Shown here piece after piece: positions 1-12,440 of a stretch of DNA of 64,000 nucleotides. Source of the stretch: Chara braunii (Eukaryota; Plantae; Charophyceae); contig BFEA01000026.1 in assembly GCA_003427395.1 (NCBI GenBank), positions 4,142,404-4,206,403 of the forward strand, given 5' to 3'. Below the pieces are notes generated by a model that did no database searches, was not told the DNA's origin, and saw nothing but the letters and a program-made list of their open reading frames with translations. Both the position numbers and the translations under genes were made by a program. The first letter of the stretch is position 1. Each line of letters opens with the position of its first letter.

Positions 1-149
1 AAGCACTAGCACAAGCGCTTCTTCCTACCATTAAAAAAATAAAAAATAAAAAATAAAAAAAAAAACGACTGCAGTTATGGACGGAAAGAGCGCAACAGAA
101 CAAAACACTCTTTTGTAATTAGGAAAAAAAAAAAAAAAAAAAAAAAAAA

Positions 150-700
150 AACACTCGACACACTCTCTGCTTCTATTTGTTCCGAGTGTGTCGTGCTGTT
201 AAATAAATATACTTCAACATCCTAGAATGCCTTGAATAGAAACCCAAACCACATTCGGACCTTTCCTACGCTGCAAAGAAGGCATTACTTTTCTCAATGG
301 AAATGTGGCAACGACTCTTCCGTATTGTCCATAGGGTATACTGCCTCATTACCTGGAAGATATGGTCTTCTCATATGGCCGCCAGTAGTTCCTTGGCAAG
401 TCACGACCTAGCAGTATGCCTGCTGCTTTGCTCTCAGACTCTCCGGGAATGCTGACGACGTGATTTGTCCCCAAAGGGACTTGGCTTTCTCCCATGCCGC
501 AGCTGCCTCGGGCCATGTTAGAAGACAGTGTAGCATTGTTTCTGGGTCCCTCTCTTGACAGACGACACACTGTGCGTTAGCTCGATCCTTCCGTGCTCCG
601 CTCCTGCGATTGTTTAACCAGTCGTTTACCAGCAGTGCCACGAGGGCAATTAGCGACTGCAAGCGTCTGACCCTTCCGATGCGTATCGCGTTCATCTCTA
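150..700 (-). pseudogene. 3' remnant of a LINE ORF2 (zf-RVT cysteine/histidine domain), frameshifted
   Basis: ORF 408-695(-) reads CVVCQERDPETMLHCLLTWPEAAAAW, matching the CxxC..E...H....C...W zinc-binding motif at the C-terminus of L1/Tx1 ORF2 (last Cys replaced by Trp). It continues in a shifted frame (ILLGRDLPRNYW). Confidence 0.7.
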
Positions 701-1333
701 TCCACAGTATTTTGGGTAGCTGCTCCGGTGGAGCTCCGACTTTGTGTTTCCCATCGCTTGGACAGCGCAGGCGCTAGTTGGTGCGACCTTCTTCTCAGTC
801 TGCGCTAGTGGGTGCGATCTTCTTCTCAGTCTGTAGCCAATTCTCGTCGTATAGTTTCGAATGTTGATTCGACTGGCCCACCCCAGTTCTTCCTCCTCTA
901 AGATTGCATGCCCATTCTGCGTGGTGGGACTGTAGATTGGCTACGTTCTTCTGGCCACCCCAGTTTAGGATTTCGAGGGGTCCACGTCGAAATCCACCAA
1001 AGGCGTGGTGGGACTGTAGATTGTGAAATCGTCAGATTCCACCACCCTTGCTTTGCGCAGGTGTTGCAGTTGGATAGCGATTGGAGTTCTAGTTGCAGTT
1101 GGATAGCGAGTGGAGTTCTAGTTGCAACTAGAACTCCCATCGCTACCCAAATGCAACACCTGCGCAAAGTAAGGGTGGTCGTTGGCCAACTGCCAGCTCG
1201 TGGTACTCCCCGGGCACTTGATCTCGTACACATATCTGCAACCGCCCATTCCCATTCCTTTCAGGTTCCTGGTTCCAGATTCTGAATGCAGCCTGTGGTC
1301 CCTCATCCTGCTTCCGTGTGGCCCAGTCCCCTA

Positions 1334-1438
1334 CAGTCTTCCCCCGAATACGACGTAGGGTCATTATAGCTGAATTTAGACTGAAAGATACACCAAATTC
1401 AGCTATAATGACCACACGTTGTATTTGGGGGAAGACTG
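1334..1438. mobile_element. 105-bp palindromic Tc1/mariner-type MITE (family A), TA TSD
   Basis: Starts CAGTCTTCCCCCGAATAC, ends GTATTTGGGGGAAGACTG. TA at 1332-1333 and 1439-1440. The neighbouring repeat copy shows the empty site CAGTCCCC-TA-GTCCCCACTGGG (TA at 1527-1528). Confidence 0.85.
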
Positions 1439-1999
1439 TAGTCCCCACTGGGACTCCCGACTCCTTTCGGAGCAGTCTTGTCCACCCATTCCTGCGGTAG
1501 GGCCTGAACCAAGCACCACAGTCCCCTAGTCCCCACTGGGACTCCGACTCCTTTCGGAGCAGTCTTGTCCATCCATTCCTGCGGTATGGCCTGAACCAAG
1601 CAAGTCCTTAAGACATCTTCTTCTAGTTTGTAGCTGCCTGTCAGCTGACAGGGATCTCTGATATGGTCTTTTTCTGAGATACACTGTTGTCAATCTGTCC
1701 TTCGGACGCTGGACCCGTTTTCCAGCAGGTGATCCGCCCCACCAATAGATGGAGCCTCTCCCAGGGTGGTAGCGGTGTCTGCTCTTATCAGCACCGCTAT
1801 CACCAGTGGGGGTGTTTAAAANNNNNNNNNNNNNNNNNNNNNNNNNNNNNNNNNNNNNNNNNNNNNNCAAGCTCCTTTCAGCCCTGTCTTCCTGAGCTCT
1901 CTGCTCGTCTTCCATCGCCGGTTACTATCCTCCCAGAGGTGCTTAATTTGCCACACCCCATGTTCCACCCATTTGCCCCATTTGGTGTCCCCTTATTGT

Positions 2000-2790
2000 G
2001 AGGGTAATGGTTTCCCCTGGGCATTCTTGATTCCTGGGTTGCAAAATAAGGGCTGGCGCAGAACCTCTTCTCTTGTGCGACGCTCCCTGACTCTTCCTCG
2101 GAAGACGTCCTTCCAAAGCTCGACGACCATTTCGCTCCAATGGGATGGGTTTCACCTGATGCAGTCCAGCACCAACGAGACACGCCATATTGGCCTCCTC
2201 CGTACCTACCTTGGCCCAGCTGCTGCACATTACCCAGAATCAACCGGTCATATTGGCCGGGGGTTCATATTTAGCCAGGCGCCTGATGCAGTCCAGCGCC
2301 AACGAGACACGAGACCCACGGCAGCTTTGGATGGGTGATCAGCTTGATCACCCACTTTGGTTTGTAGGGCTTTGAGTCGTTGATCTGCGAGGCTTGCTGC
2401 CGATCCTTCGCGCGCCAACGAGACACGAGACCCAGCGCAGCTTTGAATGGGTGATCAGCTTGATCACCCACTTGGTTTGTTGGGCTTTGAGTCGTTGATC
2501 GGCGAGGCTTGCTGCCGATCCTTTGCGCGGGTGACGTGTTTCCACGCCACTTTGGAGATGAAGTGAGGTTTGGTTGGATTTGCGGTCCAGAGGTAGGGCC
2601 ACCGCGCGTCTGCGCAATGCCGAGGTTGCCTGGGCTGGGGGAGACCAGATCGTCCCAGCGTACCACAACATCGAGAAGATGGACGCGTTAAGTATGAGCG
2701 CCCTTCCAAAACCTGATGTATATATTGCCGACCAGGCCGGCAGTTTGGCCAGTATCTTGGTCGTTAATTCCACCGCCATGGAATGACGAG
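2000..2790 (-). pseudogene. Degenerate LINE ORF2 fragment (post-RT region) with internal ~120-bp tandem duplications
   Basis: ORF 2348-2779(-) has GRALILNASIFSMLWYAG...QTKWVIKL, homologous to GRALFLNTSVFSKIWFPG...LARWVVKI of the LINE at 63008-63730. Same strand as the zf-RVT remnant at 150-700. Confidence 0.75.
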
Positions 2791-3691
2791 GACCTAAGCG
2801 CGGACAAGAACCCTCTTCTTTTTTTTTTTTTTAACACGCAGAAACGCCCTCGACGGTGCTAGCGGCGCTGCATATTACTGACACTCACTCGTTGACACAA
2901 GCGCAGGACGACGGTGTGAAATGGACAGATGCATGGTGGGAGAAGAGACAGACAACGTCAAAATCCGAGCACAGGTTGTGTGCCGTAGATTGAAAACATC
3001 GAAAAACATGACGACACACGGCAGCGCGACCCGACGCTGCGTTTCGACCGGTCGCCAGCCGTCACTCCTCAGGGGTCAATACCTGGCGCAGACGACTTAA
3101 CCAGACCGTCAACAATCATGTATATATACTAGCCTACCTTCCCCGTTCCTATCGAGAAATCCTTTGTAGTACTACCCCAACTTGTACTAGTGTCCCTTGC
3201 GGCCCCAAAAACAGTCCTCCGTTGGTACCCTTCGTTCCAGAAACTTCCTAGTCTTCTTCGAAAAAAGATGGTATCTCCTGGGCCCCGCTTGAGGCGGCGC
3301 TGGTAAAAAGCACGCACCACTACCGTAGTATCGTGGTAGTGGTGCGGGGACAATTGTTTTGGAGCCTCCCACTACCTGCTCGAAAATGGGCCCAGTATCA
3401 CCAGAGGCTCCATCTACTGGTGGTAGGGAGATCACCTGCTCGAAAACGGGTCCAGCGTCCCATATAGAACCGGGGACTTCCCTAAAAAATCCCTTTCACC
3501 ATCTACCTACCTACCACTACTCCTAAGCCTATACAGGGGACCCCCAGCAAGCATTGCTACCTCGCACAATTAAACCAGCAGTACCTCGCCCAGCTACGCA
3601 GTCCAAGCCTCAGGCGACCGGTATGCCGAGCTTGCCTGACCTGGAGGTACCAGTCGCCGGACTCGCCGAGCCTGGAGGAACCAGTTATATA

Positions 3692-3770
3692 TCGTCACAA
3701 AAAGAACTGCCCGGTAAACCGTTGGCAAGGAGAGAGAAAAGGACAACAAACGAGGGGCTGTGACAAACTG
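3692..3770. repeat. Truncated copy of (TA)n-associated repeat family T
   Basis: TCGTCACAAAAAGAACTGCCCGGTAAACCG...GGGGCTGTGACAAACTG, flanked by (TA)n on both sides. Confidence 0.75.
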
Positions 3771-4275
3771 TATATATATATATAAAAGAAAAAAAAAAGC
3801 TAAGGCGACCGGGACGTGCTAGTGTGCTCATGCCCTCTGTGCGCACGTCTCAGCCCCGTCGCTTTCTGTTCTGAATCTCGAAATTTAATGTAAACGAAGA
3901 CAAAAAGCAAAAAAAAACGTCCCCACACNNNNNNNNNNNNNNNNNNNNNNNNNNNNNNNNNNNNNNNNNNNNNNNNNNNNNNNNNNNNNNNNNNNNNNNN
4001 NNNNNNNNNNNNNNNNNNNNNNNNNNNNNNNNNNNNNNNNNNNNNNNNNNNNNNNNNNNNNNNNNNNNNNNNNNNNNNNNNNNNNNNNNNNNNNNNNNNN
4101 NNNNNNNNNNNNNNNNNNNNNNNNNNNNNNNNNNNNNNNNNNNNNNNNNNNNNNNNNNNNNNNNNNNNNNNNNNNNNNNNNNNNNNNNNNNNNNNNNNNN
4201 NNNNNNNNNNNNNNNNNNNNNNNNNNNNNGGAAGACAGAAATTTTGAAAACAACATTCTGAATCTTCCCATTATA

Positions 4276-5757
4276 GGGTCTCGTTAGACACTCCTAAAAG
4301 AATCCTAAAGTCCTAAAAGGTTTTTTAGGATTTCGTGCCGTGTTGTCACACGCAATCCTAAAAATCGTCTTTTAGGATTCATCCTAATAAAAGGTGTCCC
4401 GCGGCCGCTTTTCATATGCGTACACGCAGCCGCGTCGCCGATGTCCGTCCATTCCTGGCTGCTGTCCGTGGTACACACTGCGGTGGGCCGTCGGCGGGTA
4501 GGGCTCTTCGGTGAAAACCGCGCGTAGCCGAAGTGAAAATTCAAATTTGAAATTTGGCGGACGCAGGGTGGGGGCGCGGAGGACGGGCAGGCGACGCGTG
4601 CGACGTAGAAAAGACGTGGGTGGTGAACCCTTCGGCGTGGGTATCCATCTTTGAAGTCTGCGTGACTGGTGACCAGCGGGGGCATGTTTGGCGGCGGCGC
4701 ATCTTCACCTCCGGCGCGCATACTGTCTTCCACCATCGTAGAGCAGCGGGGGCATCTTCACCTCCGGCGTGCTTACTGTCTTTCACCATCGTAGAGCAGC
4801 GGGCGCATGTTGACCTCCGACGTGCGTACGGTCTTCCACCGTCGTAGAGCAGCGGGCACATCTTCGGGAACGTCGTGCGCACTCTCCTGTCGCAGTGTGG
4901 AGCAGTGGGCGCGTCTTGCTCTCCGGCGTGCGTATTCTCCTGTGGCAGTGCTGTTCGTCAGCGGGCGCGTCTTCGGCTCCGTGCGTCGTATCCTGTGCCA
5001 GCGGGAGCAGCGGGCGCATCTTCGACTCCGGCGTGCCTGGTCTCCGGCAGCGTGCGAGGAAGACGACAATCAGGAACACGACAAAAGCGAGTACCAGCAG
5101 AGGCAATCTCCTCTGCACGTCAGCCATGAAATTCACCTCGGGAGCCACCCTCGCACGCGACTACTGCAGAAGAGTGTTCCGACATGCCGGGGGATAGGGC
5201 CGCTCGACCTTCATATGCCGACAACCAGCAGAGAAGACGACAAAGGTGCCTTCCTTCAATTTGAAATTCGACCGTTGGCGCCCACGCACTGCCCGAAGCG
5301 ACTCCGTATGTCGTCCTGCGCATGTCGTCGTCCTCCTCCGCTTCCCGCAGCCGAGCCAACGGTCCACCACGGACGCCCACCCGCCCCCGCTCGGCCCCTC
5401 CCCGCGCTCCACCCCCTCTGCCAACGGCTACCGTTCGTGGCCGTTGCCCGCGTCAGGCCACAGAAAACCTCCGATGTCCGACCACCGACTCGGGGGACCG
5501 CTTCTGGACCACCAACGACTGTTGACGGTGCCATGCGCGCGACGCAACGACTCCGTGAAACGCGGGAATCCTAAATTTTTCAGTAGGTCGGGGGCTACTG
5601 GAAAATTTAGGACGATTTCGCCTGGGGAATCCTAAATCCTTTAGGACTCGTCCTAACAACGTTTTCACATTTTCGATCTCGGAATTGGATTTAGGATTTC
5701 GTGCAACGAAGATGCAATCCAAAAAACAGGCACTTTTAGGAGTGTCTAACGAGACCC
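4276..5757. mobile_element. Non-autonomous PIF/Harbinger-like DNA transposon (~1.48 kb)
   Basis: Perfect 25-bp TIR GGGTCTCGTTAGACACTCCTAAAAG / CTTTTAGGAGTGTCTAACGAGACCC, 3-bp TSD ATA, subterminal TCCTAAA/TTTAGGA motifs at both ends. No transposase recognisable. Confidence 0.8.
4690..5045. repeat. GC-rich ~52-60-bp tandem repeat inside the Harbinger-like element
   Basis: Recurring GGGCGCATCTTCACCTCCGGCGTGCGTA...GTAGAGCAGC units, about 6-7 degenerate copies. Confidence 0.7.
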
Positions 5758-7650
5758 ATAGTATACAGATCCGTTGTGGAAAGAAAAGTAGCCAGAGCAC
5801 GCCCGGCCTCGGGTACTGCCTTTCCCTGACAATCATAGAAGTCCGCAAAGTGTTTTTTTTTTTTTTTTCTCCGTTTTTCTTTGCCTCTTTGCCCTCTAGT
5901 ACCGAAACTGCTACGACCCCGCTTTCAGTGCCCGAACCCCGTCTGCCGTTGTGCGCGTTAATAGCCGCTTGGGAACGTTTTCAGCTGGGCGAGGTACTGG
6001 GGGTTGAAGGGGGGAAGCATGTTGCTTCCTGCCCTAATTGGTGGTGGTCAGGGGGTAGGATGGGGCCGTGGGTTCGAAAGGGGGGGAAAGGGGGGGCTGA
6101 CGCAAAGACTGAGCATTTTGCAAGTAACTGCACCTCACACTCCTTGTTTTCTTTTTTGAAGTTTTTTCCTTGTTTGTTTTTGGGAAAACAGCTCAATAAT
6201 AGGCCTGGGACCTCACCGCAATTCGACCCGGAGTTAGCCTGGGAGCATTACCCACCCAGTTTAGCTTACGGGCATGAACGGCGGCTCGTCTCCGAGCCAT
6301 TTTTTTTTCCCTTCCCTATCCATCTCAATAGCACTTCTATGCTGCATGCCCCCCCCTTTTTCTACCCTTGTATTGTATGCCCCCCCCTTTTNNNNNNNNN
6401 NNNNNNNNNNNNNNNNNNNNNNNNNNNNNNNNNNNNNNNNNNNNNNNNNNNNNNNNNNNNNNNNNNNNNNNNNNNNNNNNNNNNNNNNNNNNNNNNNNNN
6501 NNNNNNNNNNNNNNNNNNNNNNNNNNNNNNNNNNNNNNNNNNNNNNNNNNNNNNNNNNNNNNNNNNNNNNNNNNNNNNNNNNNNNNNNNNNNNNNNNNNN
6601 NNNNNNNNNNNNNNNNNNNNNNNNNNNNNNNNNNNNNNNNNNNNNNNNNNNNNNNNNNNNNNNNNNNNNNNNNNNNNNNNNNNNNNNNNNNNNNNNNNNN
6701 NNNNNNNNNNNNNNNNNNNNNNNNNNNNNNNNNNNNNNNNNNNNNNNNNNNNNNNNNNNNNNNNNNNNNNNNNNNNNNNNNNNNNNNNNNNNNNNNNNNN
6801 NNNNNNNNNNNNNNNNNNNNNNNNNNNNNNNNNNNNNNNNNNNNNNNNNNNNNNNNNNNNNNNNNNNNNNNNNNNNNNNNNNNNNNNNNNNNNNNNNNNN
6901 NNNNNCCCTTGTATTGTATGCCCCCCCCTCTCTGCTGTTACATCTGCTGCCCTTGCGCAGCCTTCCTAGGGCCACGAGGCTAATCACAATAATTTAAACC
7001 TTATACATTTTTATTTTTATTTTAAGGTTTTTGTTTTGTTTTTAGAATCGGCTTTTCTAGTCCCCGGTAGAAAGTCGATATTTACAAGGACAGACCGCAC
7101 AAGCCTGGGGTAGAAGATTTTTGCTCGGCGAGAGGGACAAGCAGGAGAAGGGGTCCGGAAAAAAAAAAATTGATTTGTCGTGTTTCACTATTGCTATTGC
7201 GTGCAAAACCGGTCGTGACTCGTCAGAGCTAAGGAAGGGCTGTTCGAGTGCGCAGCCATTGCGACTAGGGAGAGCTTGCTGTTCACTTGTCATTTCTTCG
7301 GGCAAAAACTTGGTTGCATCCTGCTCAAGGCAAGGAAATAATAATAATAATAATAAAAAAAGAAAAAAGAAGAAGAAGAAGAAGAAGGCAGCATGGTGCG
7401 AAGTTCAGTCTCTCTTTTCTCTTTGGTTTCATACTCGTTTTCTTTTCACAAATTCACAGACCTTTTCTTTTCTTTTCTTTTCTTTTCTTTTCTTTTCTTT
7501 TTTCTTTTCCACAGACTTCTATCATGCAGAAATTTTAGAAATTTCAGAAAATGAATTCCTCACAGTTACTCACTGGCAAATGCTCGGTCCTTGTGTTAGC
7601 CCGGCTCACACCAGCGGCGGCCCCCCAACCCTGCACCACCCTAAACGGTA

Positions 7651-7755
7651 CAGTCTTCACCCGAATACAATGCACGGTCATTATAGCTGTATTTGAGGCA
7701 TCTTTCAGTCTAGATACAGCTATAATGACCGTACGACGTCTTCGGGTGAAGACAG
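7651..7755. mobile_element. MITE family A copy
   Basis: TA-CAGTCTTCACCCGAATAC...TTCGGGTGAAGACAG-TA, 105 bp. Confidence 0.85.
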
Positions 7756-7981
7756 TAGGGCAAAGGGGCAAACATGCCGTTACACCTCTCTCTCTCTCCA
7801 CGGAGAGAGATAACCTCCCTTCACCGAAGAGAGGTAGAAAGCTATGCTTGCAGGGGTCCCCTTTATAGCCTTATTAGGAGTAAGGGTCAGTAGGTAGGTA
7901 GTGAAAGAAAGATATGTTCCATGACATGCATGGCAGAACGGCAGTTCACAAAAAAAAAAAATATATATATATATATATATA

Positions 7982-8610
7982 TCGTCACAAACAGAACTGC
8001 CCGGCAAACCGTAGGCAGAGAGAGAGAAGAGGACAACAAACGAGGGGCTGTGNCAAACTGTTTCGTCGGAGTTTCACCGACTCATCAGGAGGCTGAACCC
8101 TCAACAGTCTGCAGAATCCCCTCACTGATTACACTGTAAATGATAATCTACCTTAACCAAAATCAAAGTAGACTATCACTCACCCACACCAGATGGAAAA
8201 CTCTACAGACTGTATATATATCGTCACTATATATATATATATCGTCACAAACAGAACTGCCCGGCAAACCGTAGGCAGAGAGAGAGAAGAGGACAACAAA
8301 CGAGGGGCTGTGGCAAACTGTTTCGTCGGAGTTTCACCGACTCATCAGGAGGCTGAACCCTCAACAGTCTGCAGAATCCCCTCACTGATTACACTGTAAA
8401 TGATAATCTACCTTAACCAAAATCAAAGTAGACTATCACTCACCCACACCAGATGGAAAACTCTACAGACTGTATATATATCGTCACAAAATATATATAT
8501 ATCGTCACAAAATATATATATATCGTCACAAATAGAACTGCCCGGTAAACCGTAGGCAGAGAGAGAAGATATATATACATATCGTCACAAACAGAACTGC
8601 CCGGTAAATA
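7982..8610. mobile_element. Cluster of family T repeats: two near-identical ~231-bp copies (7982-8212, 8242-8472) plus short stubs, all separated by (TA)n
   Basis: Every copy starts TCGTCAC(AAA) right after (TA)n. Stubs of about 7, 10, 10, 47 and 26 bp share this end and differ at the other. Confidence 0.75.
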
Positions 8611-9612
8611 TATATATATATGAGGTGAGAGAAAAAATATATGGGTTTTCCCCAATGAGGAGAAGGCAGCTTTACGGAAAAAAAAAAAAAAAAAAAAAAA
8701 AAAGAAGAAGAAGAAGAAGAAGAAGAAGAAGAAAAGAATTCCAGTTCTCTGTGGGATTCCAATCAAGTGTGCATTCAACCTCATTACAAATAAAAAAATA
8801 AAAAATAGGTGTGAGAGAGAGAGTAATGAAATTTAAAAGTAACCAAAATTGCTAAACGACACTGGGAACCAAGTCATCGAACCGAAGAACCGAGGCAATT
8901 GTAAACGAACAAATACAGTCAAATCAAATATAAACGGATGAAGAATCCGATCAAACAAACATTTCTTGCCAATATGAAACCCCTCGTACCCAAATCCCCT
9001 CGTAGCCATACCCCCCCGTGGAGTGTCAAATTCTCTCTCATCTCAGTATACAGTGGAGCTGGGGACAATTGCCGCAGAATCTCCAGCTAGTACCCCATTT
9101 GGCGGAAGGCGCAGCAGAGCAGCATACCGCGACGAGCCAGCGCGAACTGCCGATGCCGAGAAGCGCGCCCGCACAGCTTAATATACTCAAGAAGCGCAAT
9201 CGAAACAGTAGTCAATGAAGCATGAATAAGACCAACATTTGTGAAACATCATCACAAAAAATGATAATGTGTCGATTTGTAAACCAATGCTGAGGGGAAT
9301 AAAAGGTAAGAGAAAACAAATCAATGGACCTAGAAGAGCCACCGTCTACAAGGACGGACGCAAATCGAATCGAATCAAATCGAATCGAATCGAAACTAAT
9401 GGCGACGACAAATCTGCATGAAGGAGCTAGAGGGGGTAGGAAAAAGGAGGGCCAGGACGAGCGCTGACCTTGATCATACATGATGACCCCATGCCTTTTG
9501 AAACCCCCCTTTTAAACCCCTGTCGCATGTAGTACGAAGATCTTCAAGGGCCACCTTTCCTATGCCGAATGCTCTCCAAACAAGTAAACAGGAACTTGAG
9601 CGGGAGCATTAC

Positions 9613-9616
<4 letters not shown>

Positions 9617-9650
<34 letters not shown>

Positions 9651-9668
9651 AATACACACATCCAAGCG

Positions 9669-9704
<36 letters not shown>

Positions 9705-9927
9705 ACACACAGACACACACACACACACACACAGACACACACACAGACACACACACACACACAGCCCTCGTGTGGTCTGCCCCTCCTTAAACATGTAAGA
9801 GTTCCCTCAGTTCCCTCACTGTAGCGATTAATCAATACAAGGGGGACAAGAGTGAAACCGAGGCCGCTCACAAATGCATGACCTGACAAAGCATTTGAAA
9901 CCTCCCCTGTTCGGCCCCCAAACTATT

Positions 9928-10020
<93 letters not shown>

Positions 10021-10622
10021 GAGTTACTCCGCGACACAAACACAGGCACGCAAAGAGGTACTTCACTATCTCTCAAAGGAACACACCCGCATACAAATGG
10101 ATTCCCAAACAAATACACACCACTCCGAGTACGCATGTGCGCTCATGCGGAGGGAGGGAGTGTGCATATGTCCGCCACAGTCATCCTCAGCCTCATTGGC
10201 AGACTAAGGACAGACATAAATTTGAAATTTCCGATTGCCTACAACCCCGTGGACGCCAGAACTCATCTCTCTTGTTGGACGCAACCCATCATCCGCCATT
10301 CGCATCCTCTTCCGTCTTCTCCAGTTCACAAAGACACAGCGCGGAAGATTGCACCCGGCTGATCTTGCATCCCAGGACTCTCTGCAACCATTCACACGAT
10401 GAGCAAGTTCCAATCAGAGCCCAAAATGAGCCTCCTATGAAATACCCATCAGCCCTCCTGGATTCTGTGTGAAATCTGGCACGTGTACACACGCACGCAC
10501 ACACAATGCACATCGCTATTCGACGCACAGTTTTATTTTTTACTTTTTATCTTATCAATATGAATCATTCAATCAATCAATCAATCAGCCAAACAATCCA
10601 TCATTCAGGTAATTGCAATTCA

Positions 10623-10693
<71 letters not shown>
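9617..10693. repeat. Three compound (CT)n(CA)n microsatellites (about 9617-9763, 9929-10017, 10625-10693)
   Basis: Directly visible dinucleotide runs. Confidence 0.95.
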
Positions 10694-10695
<2 letters not shown>

Positions 10696-11568
10696 TGGTG
10701 AGGGGGAGCAGGCCTGCATTCGGCTGGCAATGCCAACCCCCTCCAAACGTTTTGTGGAAATACATATTGTGGGTTCGAACAAAACCCACATGAGGCTGAA
10801 TGACAGCTGACACAAAAAACGGAAAAACATGTTGAAAAAAAAAAGGCGAAGGCCAAACTTTGGCGTTCAGCAGAATGCCTGTCCTGGCAGGCGTTCAGCA
10901 GAATGCCTGTCCTGGAGGTTGCCAAACATTCGACCGTTTGGGCCACGACCGGTTCAGGCCGATCCCCAGGGGGGGTAACCCTACTTCTATTTCTTTTATT
11001 ATTTCAATTTTATGTATGTATTTATTTATTTAACAAAAATATCCTCATCATTGACCGCCAGTGCCGTCTGGATCAATCAATGTGCACCCGTGACAATAAC
11101 CGCAGTTCACAAAACAAGTGAACAAAAATATCCTCATCATTTAACAAAAATATCCTCATCATTAACCGCATAACTCAAGACTTCAAACGTTGAAATGCAG
11201 TTCACGATAGCAAAGCAATGGAAGCAATGAATATCGAGAAGACATAACCCGCAACGAACAAGTGTTTGGTGCCAACCTCCAAAAAAAAGAAAAAAAACGT
11301 GTGTCATGGGGCAATTTTCCAGTCTAGACACAGCGATACCGACCCCCGCCCGTTTTTTTTTTGGTTCTGTTTTTTTTTTTTTTTTTTTTTTTTTTTTTNG
11401 GGNGAAGANGGTANTNAANNTTNANAAAANTTNTTTTTTTTTTTTTTTNCNCCCTGAGATATCATCACTGGGTGGGGGGGGAGTGACCAGCCGCAGCAGA
11501 AGATTCCGAATTATTTTATTGGATTCATCTGGTTGCCACTGGATTCAAACTTGCATCCATTATCCAGC

Positions 11569-11998
11569 GGCCTAACTCAGTTGGTAAGGCTTGCAAGTGG
11601 CATTCAGGAGGTCGTGGGTTCAATCCCCATTGACGTCATGTACCTTCCTGGGCATGTTTGGCGCCCGCCACCTAGAGATAGACCACTGGATCCCCCGATT
11701 GGCATTTAGCAGAGTCTGCTGATGTTCATAGGGGAGGGGACCTGAGGGGAGGCACAGGGATTGGTCCTGTTGGCATGGTCCCTGATTCTCCCGGCTGTCC
11801 CCTAGCTGGTATCGCCCACCTGCAGGTCGGGAGCAGCCCCCGCATGTTCTCTAGTGAACAGGGTTCTGGCTGCTGCGTGGTTCCCCGTAGGCCTACAATT
11901 AGGAGTAGTGGTAGGTAGGTAGTGTGAGGTGAAATTGAGAGAAGAATATAGCTTTACAAACAAACAAAAAAAAAAAAACAAAAAAAAAAAAACAAAGC
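11569..11998 (+). mobile_element. tRNA-derived SINE (~430 bp) with A-rich tail and degenerate TSD
   Basis: Pol III A box TAACTCAGTTGGTAAG (about 11573) and B box GGTTCAATCCCC (about 11617). A-rich tail at 11958-11998. Flanks AACTTGCATCCATTATCCAGC (11548-11568) and AACCTTGCATCCATATTTCAGC (about 12000-12021). No clean anticodon arm. Confidence 0.75.
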
Positions 11999-12440
11999 AA
12001 ACCTTGCATCCATATTTCAGCAGCTCTCGGGGTGTACCAACTGAATGGTTCATCCACAGATTCCACACACAGCCTTTTTTTTTTACTGTGATCCTGGACC
12101 TGCACCTGTTCCTGCGTAAGTCAGATTTAAAGGAGGACGTTGGGTTCGCGATACGGCGGGGGATCATTCGGTTTGACGGATTGTTGTTGGGCATTGACCT
12201 TTCACATTGTGTATCATATTAATTCAAATAATACCAATGAAAGAGTCGACTCTGTTATCGTATCTGAGTACGAGTACAGTCGCATTATTATCGCACATAC
12301 GAATCGTTCACTCGACTTCATAATCCTCGTTGATCGTGACAAAACCCGATGGTCAGCCTGCACCACGCCCGTTCATTCTGACCGTTGACACATACATTGG
12401 CACCGGCCAAACTCGTTCATCCTGACCAACCAGGTCGACT

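Noticed and set aside
4807-5574. 255-aa ORF as the transposase of the Harbinger-like element
   Set aside because: Derived from GC-rich tandem repeats; no DDE or Myb motifs.
11569-11640. Functional tRNA gene
   Set aside because: No convincing acceptor stem or anticodon arm. It continues into a body with an A-tail and TSD, so it was called a SINE.
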